This document shows positions 34,201 through 45,928 of a stretch of 64,000 bases of DNA, in pieces. How positions within the stretch are numbered: the first letter of the stretch is position 1; the number at the start of each line of letters is the position of its first letter. Under the pieces are notes generated by a model that saw only the letters and a program-made list of their open reading frames with translations, ran no database searches and was not told where the DNA came from. The translations under genes and the position numbers were made by a program. Origin of the DNA: Azolla caroliniana (lineage: Eukaryota; Plantae; Polypodiophyta); the NCBI GenBank assembly GCA_043228905.1, contig JBHGNT010000005.1:10292001-10356000 (forward strand). The letters run 5' to 3'.

Positions 34201-36269
34201 GATTTCACTCTGGAACGAACTCCTCGGCAGTATGCCGACTGAAGAAGTCCCTTTACGTACTGAAGAAGTGCCTGGAATGCGAAGATCACGCAACAACTGC
34301 GTCGGATGGGCTTCGTCACGTCAAAATTGGACTCTTCCCTATTCATCCGGAAAGGTCGACTCGGACCGGTTAGTATTTTACTGTATGTTGATGACTTGGT
34401 CATCACCGGCGCCGACCTACGTGAAATCGACCGCGTGAAGCTCCAGCTTGCGGCATCGTTCGACATGAAGGATCTGGGGGACCTTCATTAATTCCTCGGG
34501 ATCGAAGTGATCCGTACCCCCGAAGGCATATTGATCAGCCAATGTCATTACGTGCTGGGTATGCTTTTCAAGCTCGGGATGGCCGACTGTAAGTCAGTCT
34601 CGACTGCTCTGGACAGAACCGTCAAGCTTCATCCCGATACGGGAAAGGTATGCGACTCGACGAGGTTCCGCCAAATTGTCGGAAGCCTCATATACTTGAC
34701 CATCACCTGACCCGACCTCAGTTATCTGGTCGGAGTGATCAGTCAGTTCATGGCGCGACCTACCGAGGAACACCTTCAGTGTGCGCAACGCATACTTCGG
34801 TATGTCAGCGGCACTAAGGACCGGGGACTGCTATATCGAACCGGTGTAGCCGTGCAGTTAGTCGGCTACACCGATGCTGATTGGGCTGGCAACGCCGCCG
34901 ATCGCCGATCCACGTCTGGATACGCGTTCTCCCTCGGGAGTGCCGTGATCGCGTGGAGCAGTAAGAAGCAGCCAATAGTTGCACTGTCAAGCACCGAAGC
35001 TGAGTACCGAGGAGCGGCTGTCGCGACATGCGAAGCCATATGGTTGAAGCGGCTACTTAAGGACCTGCAAATGGAGGTGTCAGATCCGACGACGATCTAC
35101 TACGACAACCTCAGCAGCATCTAGCTCGCGAAGAACCCCGTTTTCCACGCACGGACCAAGCACATTGAGGTGCACTACCATTTCATCCGTGAGCGTGTCC
35201 TTTCTGGTGAAGTCGAACTTCAATACGTTCCGACGGATCGGCAGACTGCCGACATCTTCACTAAGGCTCTTGGTCTGGACAAGTTGCGGCAATTCTCAGG
35301 TGCGCTCGGATTGCGTCACCTCGACGTGCCAAACTTGAGGGGGAGAACAATCTCGAACGACCAAGCAAGGCAGCAGGAAAGGAGCAGAAACCGTGACACC
35401 GAGTCGGTTGACTCGGTTGTCGAGTTCGACTTCGGATCGGCTGAAGAAGCCGAGGGCAGACCCGCAGAAAAGTTCGAAAGCGGACAGAAGGGGAGCAGCC
35501 GAAGGAGAGAGCCGAAGCCAACCACGCATGGGGAAGATGACACCATCGAGGGCGAGGGCGAGAAGACCGAAGATGAGTTGGAGACACCCAACTCGGACGA
35601 GAGCGAAAACCGATCAGAGGTAACCGAATCGGTTCGGATGTTTGATTCAGATACGCTGAATCAACCGAGGCCCAAGCGGAAGAAAAGGTAGCAGGAGAAG
35701 CATCAACACCGCAACAACAAAAGAACTGATAAGGGCCACATGAGCAGACAAGCCGACCAGAAGGGTCGAAGCGCGCGGAGTCGAACAGGTCGAGGAGCGC
35801 GAGCAAGGCGAGAAGCCAGGAGGAACCGGCGCTGTGAAGATCCCGAAGAGCCTCAAGTTGAGCTTGAGGGGGAGTGTTGAGAGACAAGCTCAACATCGGC
35901 CGGATCGGCTGAAGAAGTCGAGGACCGGATCGGTTGTGACCGATCGGTTAGGCCGAGTGCGTAAACCGGGAGGTCGTTAGGAAAGATATTCCGTGAGGAA
36001 TATATTTGGGAGTTAGTGTAGGAGCTCTTGATGAGCATTGAAGTACTGTCAGTACTTCGGTCAATCCTTCTAGGACTTGTATAAAAGTGTTCATTGAGCA
36101 CGTCTTATGTACAGACTGAGTATTATTATTGAATATAGTTTTTTGTGTCTTCTCTCTCACTCTCTCTCTCTCTCCTGCGTATACCGTGTAAGCTTAAGCT
36201 CTCCATTGAACCTGAGTTTCCTTCCTTCTGTTCGGTCTTCATACTTGCTTCCGCACGCTACTTTCCACA

Positions 36270-37266
36270 AAACCGACGCAAGTTATTATGCTATAGGTGT
36301 CATCCTATATCAAGATGGTAAACCAATAGCATTTGAGAGTAAGAAACTTGATTCTACTCAGTGTCGGTATACCATGCAAGAAAAGGAATTATTTGCAGTT
36401 ATTTGTGCGCTAAAGTCATGGCGCCATTATCTTTATGGAAATCGTTTTGTGGTAACTACAGACGACGAGTCCTTGAAATATTTTTGTGACCAACAAGACC
36501 TCAATGGTCGTAAGGCACGATGCTTAGATCTCATCCAAGACTTTGATTTTTCCATACGATATCGTAAAGGTTCCATGAACACTATCATTGATGCACTGAG
36601 TTGCATCCGTGAAGTTAACATGCTTAGCTTCACTGAAATAAAATCAGATCTTTATGATCACCTTCAAGGAAAGTATCCTGATGACAGTTAGTTTGGAAAA
36701 TATTGGGCAAGAGTTGAGTCTAGAATAGACACCACTACATCCTGGAAGGAATCCTTCCACATTGCAAACAGCCTACTCTACCCTAATGGGAAGGTTTGTG
36801 TTCCGAATTTGCCTAAGGTCAAAAAGGGAATTCTTTTTTAATACCATGATGCACCCTCAACAGGGCACCCTAGAATACATTGCACACTCGTTCTCATCTC
36901 CACTCAATTCTATTGGCCTAAGATGCGTCTTCACATACATAGTTGTTGAGAGATCAAGCTCAACTTAGTTTAGTTAGTTAGTCAACCATGTAACTTCGTA
37001 GTTACCTAGATAGAATCTAGTTAGAAGTGTTGACTATAATGCCTTAAATAGGACCTTGTACTTAAGTGGGATATTCTAGATCCTCCACTCCTAAGTACAT
37101 TTAATATAGGACTTATACATGAGTACCTATATTCTACTCACACATGTGCACCTTTGCACATGAGATGTATATATACCTCATTGTGGGTATTTTTGTTTTT
37201 GATGATGATAATGCTAATTTAGTATAGTTACTCATCCCCCATCTTGTGTTGTTCAGAAGTGTTAAC

Positions 37267-37330
<64 letters not shown>

Positions 37331-40300
37331 TCTCACACACATACACACACATATCACTTAACCTTCCGCGCTTATCAACTTAATCACATAATTAGGTGCT
37401 AATTAACCATTGCTTAATTATTTACCTAATTCTTAACATGGTATCAGAGCGTGTGGTTTAGAAAATCCACTAAGCCCACCCGACTCCGTGATTGTGTGTT
37501 CGAGACGCCGACGACAAAATCCAACTATCGCTATCGTAATGCTGCTACGTAGCACGTACACGTGATCGAAGGAAGAAAAGCAAAAGAAGAGAAGACACAA
37601 TCAACATGAACACACAAATGGGTAGCTTGCTCCCTAGTGAAAAGCTACACCGGAGCAATTATTCATCTGGGGAGTACAAGATGACCCAATACCTCGTCGG
37701 CCAAGGGTATTGGAGCTACATTAATGGCGCACTCGAAAACAAGCCCGACATCACAAATGCCAACTACCCAACGTGGGAGCAAGGTGCGAGTCGGGTAATG
37801 TATTTCTTGGCAACATGTGTCCACGACCACATGCGTAGCCACATTCGAGACGCCAAGACGCCTAAAGAGGCGTGGGTGAATTTAAAGAAAATTTTCTCCG
37901 CCAACACAACCACCCGAAAGCTTCAACTCCAACAAGAGTTGAACAACATTCGGCAAAAAGACATGTCCGTGTCGGACTACACCGCCAAGATCAAGAGCAT
38001 TTGCAACTCGCTTGGCTCCATCAAAATAAATGTCGACGAAGACGAGATGGTTCAAGTATGCTTGGGCGGCCTCGCACAACGATTAGATCCATTACGGATG
38101 GAAATCTTGGCGAGAGAAAACCCTCCTTCATTCTTCGACCCCCAATCAATGCTATTGGTAGAAGAGAACCCCGTCCAAACCAAAAGCAAGACATCGGAAG
38201 GACAAATGTTCTTCTCGAATTCGGATGGTGGCCGAGGAGGAGGTCACGGCGCTAGAAGAGGCCAATTCGGCCCATCACACGAAGGGAACTCAAACCTTCA
38301 CGAAAGCCATCGAGGAACCTTCGGAAGAAGGGGGAGCTTTCACGTTGAACATGGTCGGCAAACGAGGCCCGCAACTTGCAACTATTGCGGCAAAATCGGC
38401 CACTACGAGGCGAAGTGTCGGAAAAAGAGAAGTGAGTCGGCTTCAACAAGTCAACACCTCACAAACTACGCATCGAAATCTGACCACGACAACCGTAGCG
38501 GAATGTTCACGAATCACGCGTCGAATTCCAACTACGACAATCGTAGTGAAATTTTTATAAATTACGCAACAAATTTCAACTACGGCGACCGTGGCGGAAT
38601 GTTCGTAATGAGGCATAGAGCGAACTCTATGATGGCCTCCAACTCGCAAGCACCTCCAACTCGGAAGACATGTGGTTCATCGATTCCAGCGCCTCACATC
38701 ACATGACATCTCACAAAGAGTGGTTTCGTGATTTACGAATGCCGGATCGACCCGGCTTCATAGAGACGGGAGACAACACCACACATCCCATTCGGCACAT
38801 CGGCAATGTCCCATTTGAGAAAGAAGGCGAGCAAACTTGCATCAAGAATGTCTTGCACGTGCCCACAATAACGAAGAATTTGGTCTCGGTCGACCAAATC
38901 GTGGAGCAAGGCATGCAAGTCCACTTCAACAAAGAAGGATGCTTCATCAAGAAAGATGGCTGACTCATAGTGAAGGGGCGGAGAGACGGCCGAATGTTCA
39001 TCCTTGATTCGAACGAGGTGAAATCGGCAATGTACGCTAAAAGTCTCAAAACCAAGATAAGCATCGAGTTGTGGCACAAGAGAATCGGCCACATAAACCT
39101 CCAACGGCTTCGAGCTATGCAAACAAAGGAAGATGCATCGGACTTTCGACATTCGAGTCGACCGAGTATGCGAAGCGTGTCAACTTGGCAAACAACATCA
39201 ACTCCCATTCCCGAAGGAGAGCTCTGCAAGCAAAGGCCTCCTCAATGTCATACACTCAGATGTATGGGGACCAGCTCAAACACCGACGATCGGCGGATGC
39301 CGATACTACGTAACCTTCATCGACAACTACTCACACTACGCATGGATCTACCAAATGAAGAAGAAAAGCAAAATGCTCTCCCACTTCCAAAAGCTCAAGC
39401 GTCAAGTTGAAAAAGAAACTGGTCGGCACATTCGATGCCTACGATTGGATGGAGGAAAGGAGTACTTCTCCGACGAATTCACCTCCTATCTCCAAAGTGA
39501 AGGCATTTGGAGAGAATTCTCATGCCGACACACACCCCAACAAAATGGAGTAGTCGAAAGGAAGAATCGGCAAATACTCGAGGTAGCACGCACCATGATG
39601 CATGAGAAGCACATGCCGAACTTCTATTGGGCCGAAGCGGCATCCGCGGCCGTCTATCTCATGAACCGGTGCACCACCAATGGAGTCCATGAGTTAACTC
39701 CATACGAGCTCCTCGTCGGAAGGAAACCGATCCTATCGCACCTCAAGGTGTTCAGAAGCATTGTGAATGTACGCATTCTGAATGAACAACGACAGAAGCC
39801 CGACGCGAAGTTGGAGGAATGTATCCTCATAGGATACTCGTCCGAGAAGAAGGCGTACAAGTGCTACAACCCTTCTACCCGAGTGGTTCGGGTAAGTCGA
39901 AACGTAGTCTTCAACAAGTCCGCATCCTGGTACGCACCAAAGACAACTTCGACTCCGACTACACTCGACCTGGAATCCGCCGAACAAGAGGTAGAAGATG
40001 GAGATCACTTCGAACACATGTTCGAAGAATGTCCGATTACGGCTAGGCCTAGTGGGCCACAAGAGCCCCCACGCGACCCAAGCACGTCGCGGCCAAGTAC
40101 GCACTTGGACAAAGGCAAAGGTAAGATGCCTGAATACAAAGTCGATCACCCCGACGACTGGGATTCGGATGTGTCGCCTCCCTCACTAGACAGTGAGTTT
40201 GGTGTACCCATCATGCATACACCCGGAGTAAAGAAGGTGCTCACATCGGTGAGAAAAAACTTCAATGCTCATCTGGAGCTAAGAACCTCGTCACTCGGCA

Positions 40301-40881
40301 CGATTACAACGAGTATATGGCCCATCATTATGCCTTCGCGATGAAGGTAGCGGCCGAACAAGAGCCCACGAGCTCCACCGAAGCGGCTCGTAACCCACGA
40401 TGGGTGGAAGTAGTGGACCTTCGCCCACACACTACAAGCCTTCGTCATCGGCTTGAGGGAGAGGAACCGAGATTGCCACGGCGAAGAAAGCCGAAGGCCA
40501 GACGGAAACACACGAAGCCGACGAAAGCCAAGGCGGATGTCGAACACCTCACACTTGAGTGTTGAGAGATCAAGCTCAACTTAGTTTAGTTAGTTAGTCA
40601 ACCATGTAACTTCGTAGTTACCTAGATAGAATCTAGTTAGAAGTGTTGACTATAATGCCTTAAATAGGACCGTGTACTTAAGTGGGTAATCTAGATCCTC
40701 CACTCCTAAGTACATTTAATATAGGACTTACACATTAGTACCTATATTCTACTCACAGATGTGCACCTTTGCACATGAGATGTATATATACCTCATTGTG
40801 GGTATTTTTGTTTTTGATGATGATAATGCTAATTTAGTATAGTTGCTCATCCCCCATCTTGTGTTGTTCATAAGTGTTAAC

Positions 40882-40935
<54 letters not shown>

Positions 40936-42745
40936 TCTCACACACATACACACATATCACTTAACCTTCCACGCTTATCAACTTAATCATATAATTAGGT
41001 GCTAATTAACCCACTTAATTATTTACCTAATTCTTAACAATAGCTATGTGAAAAAATGTCACCAGTGTCAGGTTAACAAAGCCGAGCAACGTAAAGCGCT
41101 GAACATTTACATCCCTTGTAAATTCCCAACAATAAGTGGGAAAGTATATCCATGGATTTTATTGTTAGCCTTCCTCGCACCCAAAAAGGTCATGATGCCA
41201 TCTGGGTTGTGGTTGATAGACTAACTAAAATGGCTAGGTTCATTGCCACAAAAACCACGGTAATAGCTCCCGAATTGGCTTACCAATTTGTTGACAAGTT
41301 GTTTCGTTTTATGGGTTACCAATGGATATCGTGAGTGATCGAGATCCAAAGTTTACTGACGACTTTTGGACGCAATTCTTGAAGAAGTTAGAAACTACAT
41401 TGAGCATGAGTTCCACAGATCATCCTCAATCCGATGGACAGACAAAATGAGTAAATCAAATTATTGAGAACATGCTTCGAGCATATGTTGGCGCAAAACC
41501 AGCAAAGTGGGAACGTTATCTCCCAATTTTGGAGTTTTCTTATAACAGCTCCAAGCATACATTGACAAGATATAGTCCTTTTATGTTGATGTATGGTTTT
41601 CAGCCACGAACCCCGATTGATGTTAATATACATCATAATGAGTTGCGAAGTATGCAAAACTTTCTTCGGGATATGCAACATATGTTGCATATTGCATGAG
41701 ATAATATAAAAATAGCTCAAGATAGAGCACGTTCTTTTGTTGATCATCATAGGCAACCTCGTGTATTCAACCATGGACAGAAGGTATTTCTACGTGTACC
41801 TCACAATTCTAAGACATTGTCTACGGGTAAGTGCGCTAAGTTAGCCCCACGGTTTTGTAGAGCTTTTATAGTCCTCAAATGCATTGGTTCATTAGCTATC
41901 GTCTCGCTCTTCCTTATGGCATTGAAATCCATCCAGTTTTTCATGTAAGTCATCTAAAAGAACTTCTTGGTTCTAGCAACAATACAGTAGAAACTCTAGT
42001 TACTTTTGAAGAATTATCTTCTAAACCACATGTACCAGAAAGAATTCTCGATGTTAAAACAAAAAAATTGTGTTCTAAAATCATCCGAGAATTTAAAATA
42101 AAATGGATGGATAAATCTATCAAAGATGCCACATGGGAACGCGAAAATAGTCTTAGAACTAACTTCCCTAACTTTCCATTGTAGGAGTGCAATGTTTTAA
42201 AGAGGGGGAGTATGTTACGGGCATGACCATATCCTGTGGTAAGTTTTACCGTAGTATTCTATACATGTGGATAAAGTGTGAGGGTTAAACGCAAGTGTAA
42301 AGAAGGAAAGGATTACTTTTAATCCTTGGGATTGGGACAATCGATTAGGCCAAGTGTGAACTTGCCTGGGGGCCTTAGGTTTGGCTACAAATATGAGGCC
42401 TAGCTACCCTCATTTGATACATTATCGACCACTTCGAAACTCCGTCATTGTGGAGGGTCAACTCTTATAGCGAGTGCGCTAGCACCATGTACAACTCGAC
42501 GCCACGATGGTGGTATGGGACACTGATCGAGGCTCGAGTCTGTCTCGATCCCTTCGCTTGGGGGTGGTCAGATGGATCGATACCCTTCTTTCTCTCTCCT
42601 CTCTTATATATTTATCGATTAAATCCTTATCATATGCGTACATTAGTAGCTAACTCTAACAAAAAAGGAGTTTGGTCTCCATCAGCATGTTAGCCGAAGA
42701 CGGGTACCGAACAACTCAGAGTGATGCATTGGCATCACGATTACA
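36270..42745 (+). mobile_element. 3' half of an old chromodomain-bearing Ty3/gypsy (chromovirus)
   Basis: RH (TDASYYAIG, EKELFAV), IN split by copia D (MDFIVSLP, HPQSDGQT), IHPVFHVS, chromodomain (PERILD...FKIKW...ATWERE), PPT 42199-42210, LTR from 42213. The LTR end near 42745 is tentative. Confidence 0.85.
36944..41039 (+). mobile_element. Ty1/copia D, internally deleted (gag-PR-IN present; RT, RH and PPT absent)
   Basis: LTRs 36944-37438 and 40560-41039, TSD ATAGT/ATAGC, iMet PBS 37439-37450, gag 37606, WFIDSSAS, IN from 39133. Homology ends just before RT (~40410). Confidence 0.92.
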
Positions 42746-42759
42746 TAAATTAATATGCG

Positions 42760-44260
42760 AAAGTCGATGGTTGTTAGATGCACTCGGAATGATTTGGTTC
42801 ATCTTGGATGGCGTGGCCAAATATTGGATCAAGAGAATGTGTCTTGGCATTTAGGTTACCATATTGTTGTTGATATCTCATTGTCTTAAAGTTCGAATTG
42901 GATATCAAGGACCATTTTAGACAAGTTTATGTAATAGTGGTCTCAAGCTTGGTTGTTTAGTACCAGTATCAAAGTGGTACAAGCTATAATGATTCCAATC
43001 ATTTCTTATTTTTTGCCATTATTACCTTGGACAAAGAAATCACGTGATCAATTAGCTCGTTCACTTAAATGTACATTGTGGAAGAAAGAGTCAAAATTTG
43101 ATCTAAGTTGGGTTTCATGGAACAATATATGTCCCCAAAATGGTTAGGGGGAGTTACATTACTAAATTTAGAAGATCATATGGTGGTTCGAAGATTCAAT
43201 CTTTTTAAAAATATGTGCATATGTACTCGGCCTTGGGCAAAAATAAGTGGTTATTTTGTGGAAAAGGTTGGTATATACCATGGGAAAACGAGAATTACAG
43301 CCTCGTGGTAGCATGTTGCTAATAATACTCATTCATTTAAATGTTCGGAATCTATTATAGTTCAACAATGAGTGATTTCTTGGGTAGCGGTGTTTGAAAT
43401 TGTTTAAAAGGGGACCCTTTGTGCGTAGAAAAGATAGTAATTCTTTGGTAGCAGAGGTGTTTGGCTACATCAAGGATATAACATTGGGATGGAAAAGAAA
43501 TTCTAAACTCATTGCTCAATCAAATGGCAAGGATGGAGTTGTTAACTGTGGAAAATGCTATCTTAAAGTCACATAGAAAAATGATGGCCTTTTGGACTGT
43601 TAGAAATAAGTTTCATATATCACGTGGATATGGGTATATTTGACAATCAATATTGGCATTGCCTAGTTTAGTTTTCTCGATTCTAGAGTTGGTGGTCGAG
43701 GAACCATGGAAAGCTTGGTCATTTGGTATTGGAAAATCGATATTTGTGGTGCACACCAATGATGTATACCATAAGTAGGTTAAAGATAGAGCTTGGTTAA
43801 CAAATAAGGTTTTGGATACATGGTACATTACTCGACATGTAAAGTGGTGGCGTCGAGTTTTAGAAGCAAGATGCGAGTCTCACCTTCCATTGGGTTGCCT
43901 TTAGCGATGACTTTAAAACGAGAACATGTTTTTTTTACAGTGGTTGACGGAGATGCCAAACATAGGTTCATTACATGCCCAATTGCGAAAGCCATTTGGA
44001 TAGTTATATCACAAATTTGGGCATCAATAACATGATGTATTTTGCCACCTTTTGGGTGGGTTTACATTGATGATGATAAAGTTATACCTACACCATCATC
44101 TAAGGTCGTGTTTGATTACCTTAGGTATTGGGAGATGCGGTTTAATTGGACCATGAGAAGTGGATTCTTGTTTGATGGACTACTTCCAATAACATAACAC
44201 CTTTGTAGGATGAAAGAGGGAGGTTGATTTGGCAAATTTTGCAACTATGTTGTCCCAATA
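42760..44260 (+). mobile_element. Degenerate L1-type LINE, 3' part of ORF2
   Basis: Fragments such as VSWNNIC..K..GGV.LLNL and KHRFITCPIAKAIW (zf-RVT-like) with many stops. Confidence 0.7.
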
Positions 44261-45579
44261 TGAGGTATGTAACTAGTGATGGATTTGATCATTTTCTAAT
44301 TGAAGAAGACCATTTATTCTTGTTATATAAAAATGGTTGGAATTTCTGATTAGACAAATTAAGGGATGTTCATATGTAACTAGTGATGGATTTGATCATT
44401 TTGTAATTGAAGAAGAGAAGAATAAAGTCTTGTAACAATCTTCTTAACGACAATTTTTTACAATATTCATTCATTTGCAATTGGAGACAATATTTTCTTT
44501 ATCGCATTGAACATCTAGAAATTTTGATATTGGAGACGTTTTCTTCTTTATCGCATTGAACATCTAAAAATGTTGACAAGGTCAGTCAAAGTAATGTGTG
44601 TATGTAAGATGATCGGAAATGATGATGTTTGCGATGGCAAAGATGTATATTGAGGTCTGAACATAAGTTTTTGAAGTGTTGAGAATGCCAACATTGCATA
44701 AATCACAATTGCTATCTCTTTATTGTTATTGCTTAAAAGCATCAAAATATGTGATTGTCAAAATCAACACAAAAAATCCATGTTGCATGTTGTCATCAAT
44801 ATACGAGACTGACACTTTGTTTGCTTTGTGAAGCAGTTGGATAGGTGGTTGAATGCTCCTAAATTGATTGCGAAACTAGAAGCTTAAATCAACTTTATGG
44901 TTACACTCACGTGGCATAGAATTTGGAGGATTTTTTTAGCATTGCCTTCCATACAAGACACGTATCTAGAAATGCACCAATCCTTAAGCAAGCTATATTG
45001 GTCTTTGGAGCACGTTGTCAAATCCTAAACCTTGTAGAATGCTTGTTATTCAACGATGCGACTGTATGAATTCTCTTCTAGGTGATGTGAACATATATGA
45101 AGAACACACGAAGGCACAAGTATCACGAGGCGATTGAAGCTATAATAATTCGGTTGCAACTTGAGGTTGGTAAAATATATTCATGTACTCTTTTGTCTCA
45201 CACCCATCATCATCACGGTTGCAAAGGCGCGGGCGCGGGCGCGAGCGCGTCGCGAAGCCATCTGCGACGGGCGGACAAACGTGTGGGTGATGTTTGAATC
45301 CATGTGCTAATAATATTTCTTGTATTTTTCAGAGTGCAAGAGATGTACATATTGAGGAGGCATAGGAGGAGGAAAAAGGAATATAATGGTTTGGGATGGA
45401 TGGCCAAAGTGGAGATGAGAGATGGGTACCAAAAAGATGAAGATAATGTGAAGGACCCAACCAATAATGAATGGGAGGACTTAAAAAAAGTGAAGAACCC
45501 CCCTCTCCCTCCTCTTTTCTTTCTCTTTTTCTCCTCCTTTCTTTTCCTTCTTCTTATGGAAGGGAAGAAGGTAAAAAAA

Positions 45580-45588
45580 AGAATATAT

Positions 45589-45628
<40 letters not shown>

Positions 45629-45790
45629 GAGAGAATAAAATACAATGTTTGGCAAAGAAGGAATTTGGGAGATAGAGATGGATATGGTGGTGGCTATGGC
45701 TATGGCTATGGCTATGGCAATGGCATGATGAAAACCATAACAACAACAACAGAAGAAGAAGAAGAAGAAGAAGAAGAAGAAGAAGAAGGC
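45580..45790. repeat. Microsatellite cluster (TG)n(AG)n, (TGGCTA)n, (AAC)n, (AGA)n upstream of the first gene
   Basis: Seen directly in the sequence. Confidence 0.9.
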
Positions 45791-45928
45791 CCTTTGAGGC
45801 TTCTGGCTTGTTTAACTTAGCGATTTGTTTGGCTTCTTTCTCCTCCACCTCATCTTTCTTCATTCTTTTTTGTTTCTCCTTTTTCCCCCTCCTCTGTTTT
45901 TCCACTCCCCCCCCCCCCTGTCTCAGCT

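Larger units (their letters stand above)
27086..36269 (+). mobile_element. Ty1/copia family C, copy 2 (probably recombinant), degenerate, with a nested insertion
   Basis: LTRs 27086-27471 and 35875-36269, iMet PBS 27472-27483, gag 27544-28460, then PR/IN/RT/RH 31984-35340 with stops and frameshifts, PPT 35866-35874. Flanks TATAT and AAACC do not match. Confidence 0.92.

Noticed and set aside
36107-36691. ORF joining copia LTR sequence to gypsy RNase H
   Set aside because: It is a chance in-frame read across the insertion junction at 36269/36270.
45225-45262. GC-rich GCGGGCGCG island
   Set aside because: About 35 bp with no structure or partner that I can support.
45213-45905. 230-aa minus-strand ORF with poly-L, HS and K runs
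   Set aside because: It is a translation of microsatellites upstream of the gene and has no domain signal.
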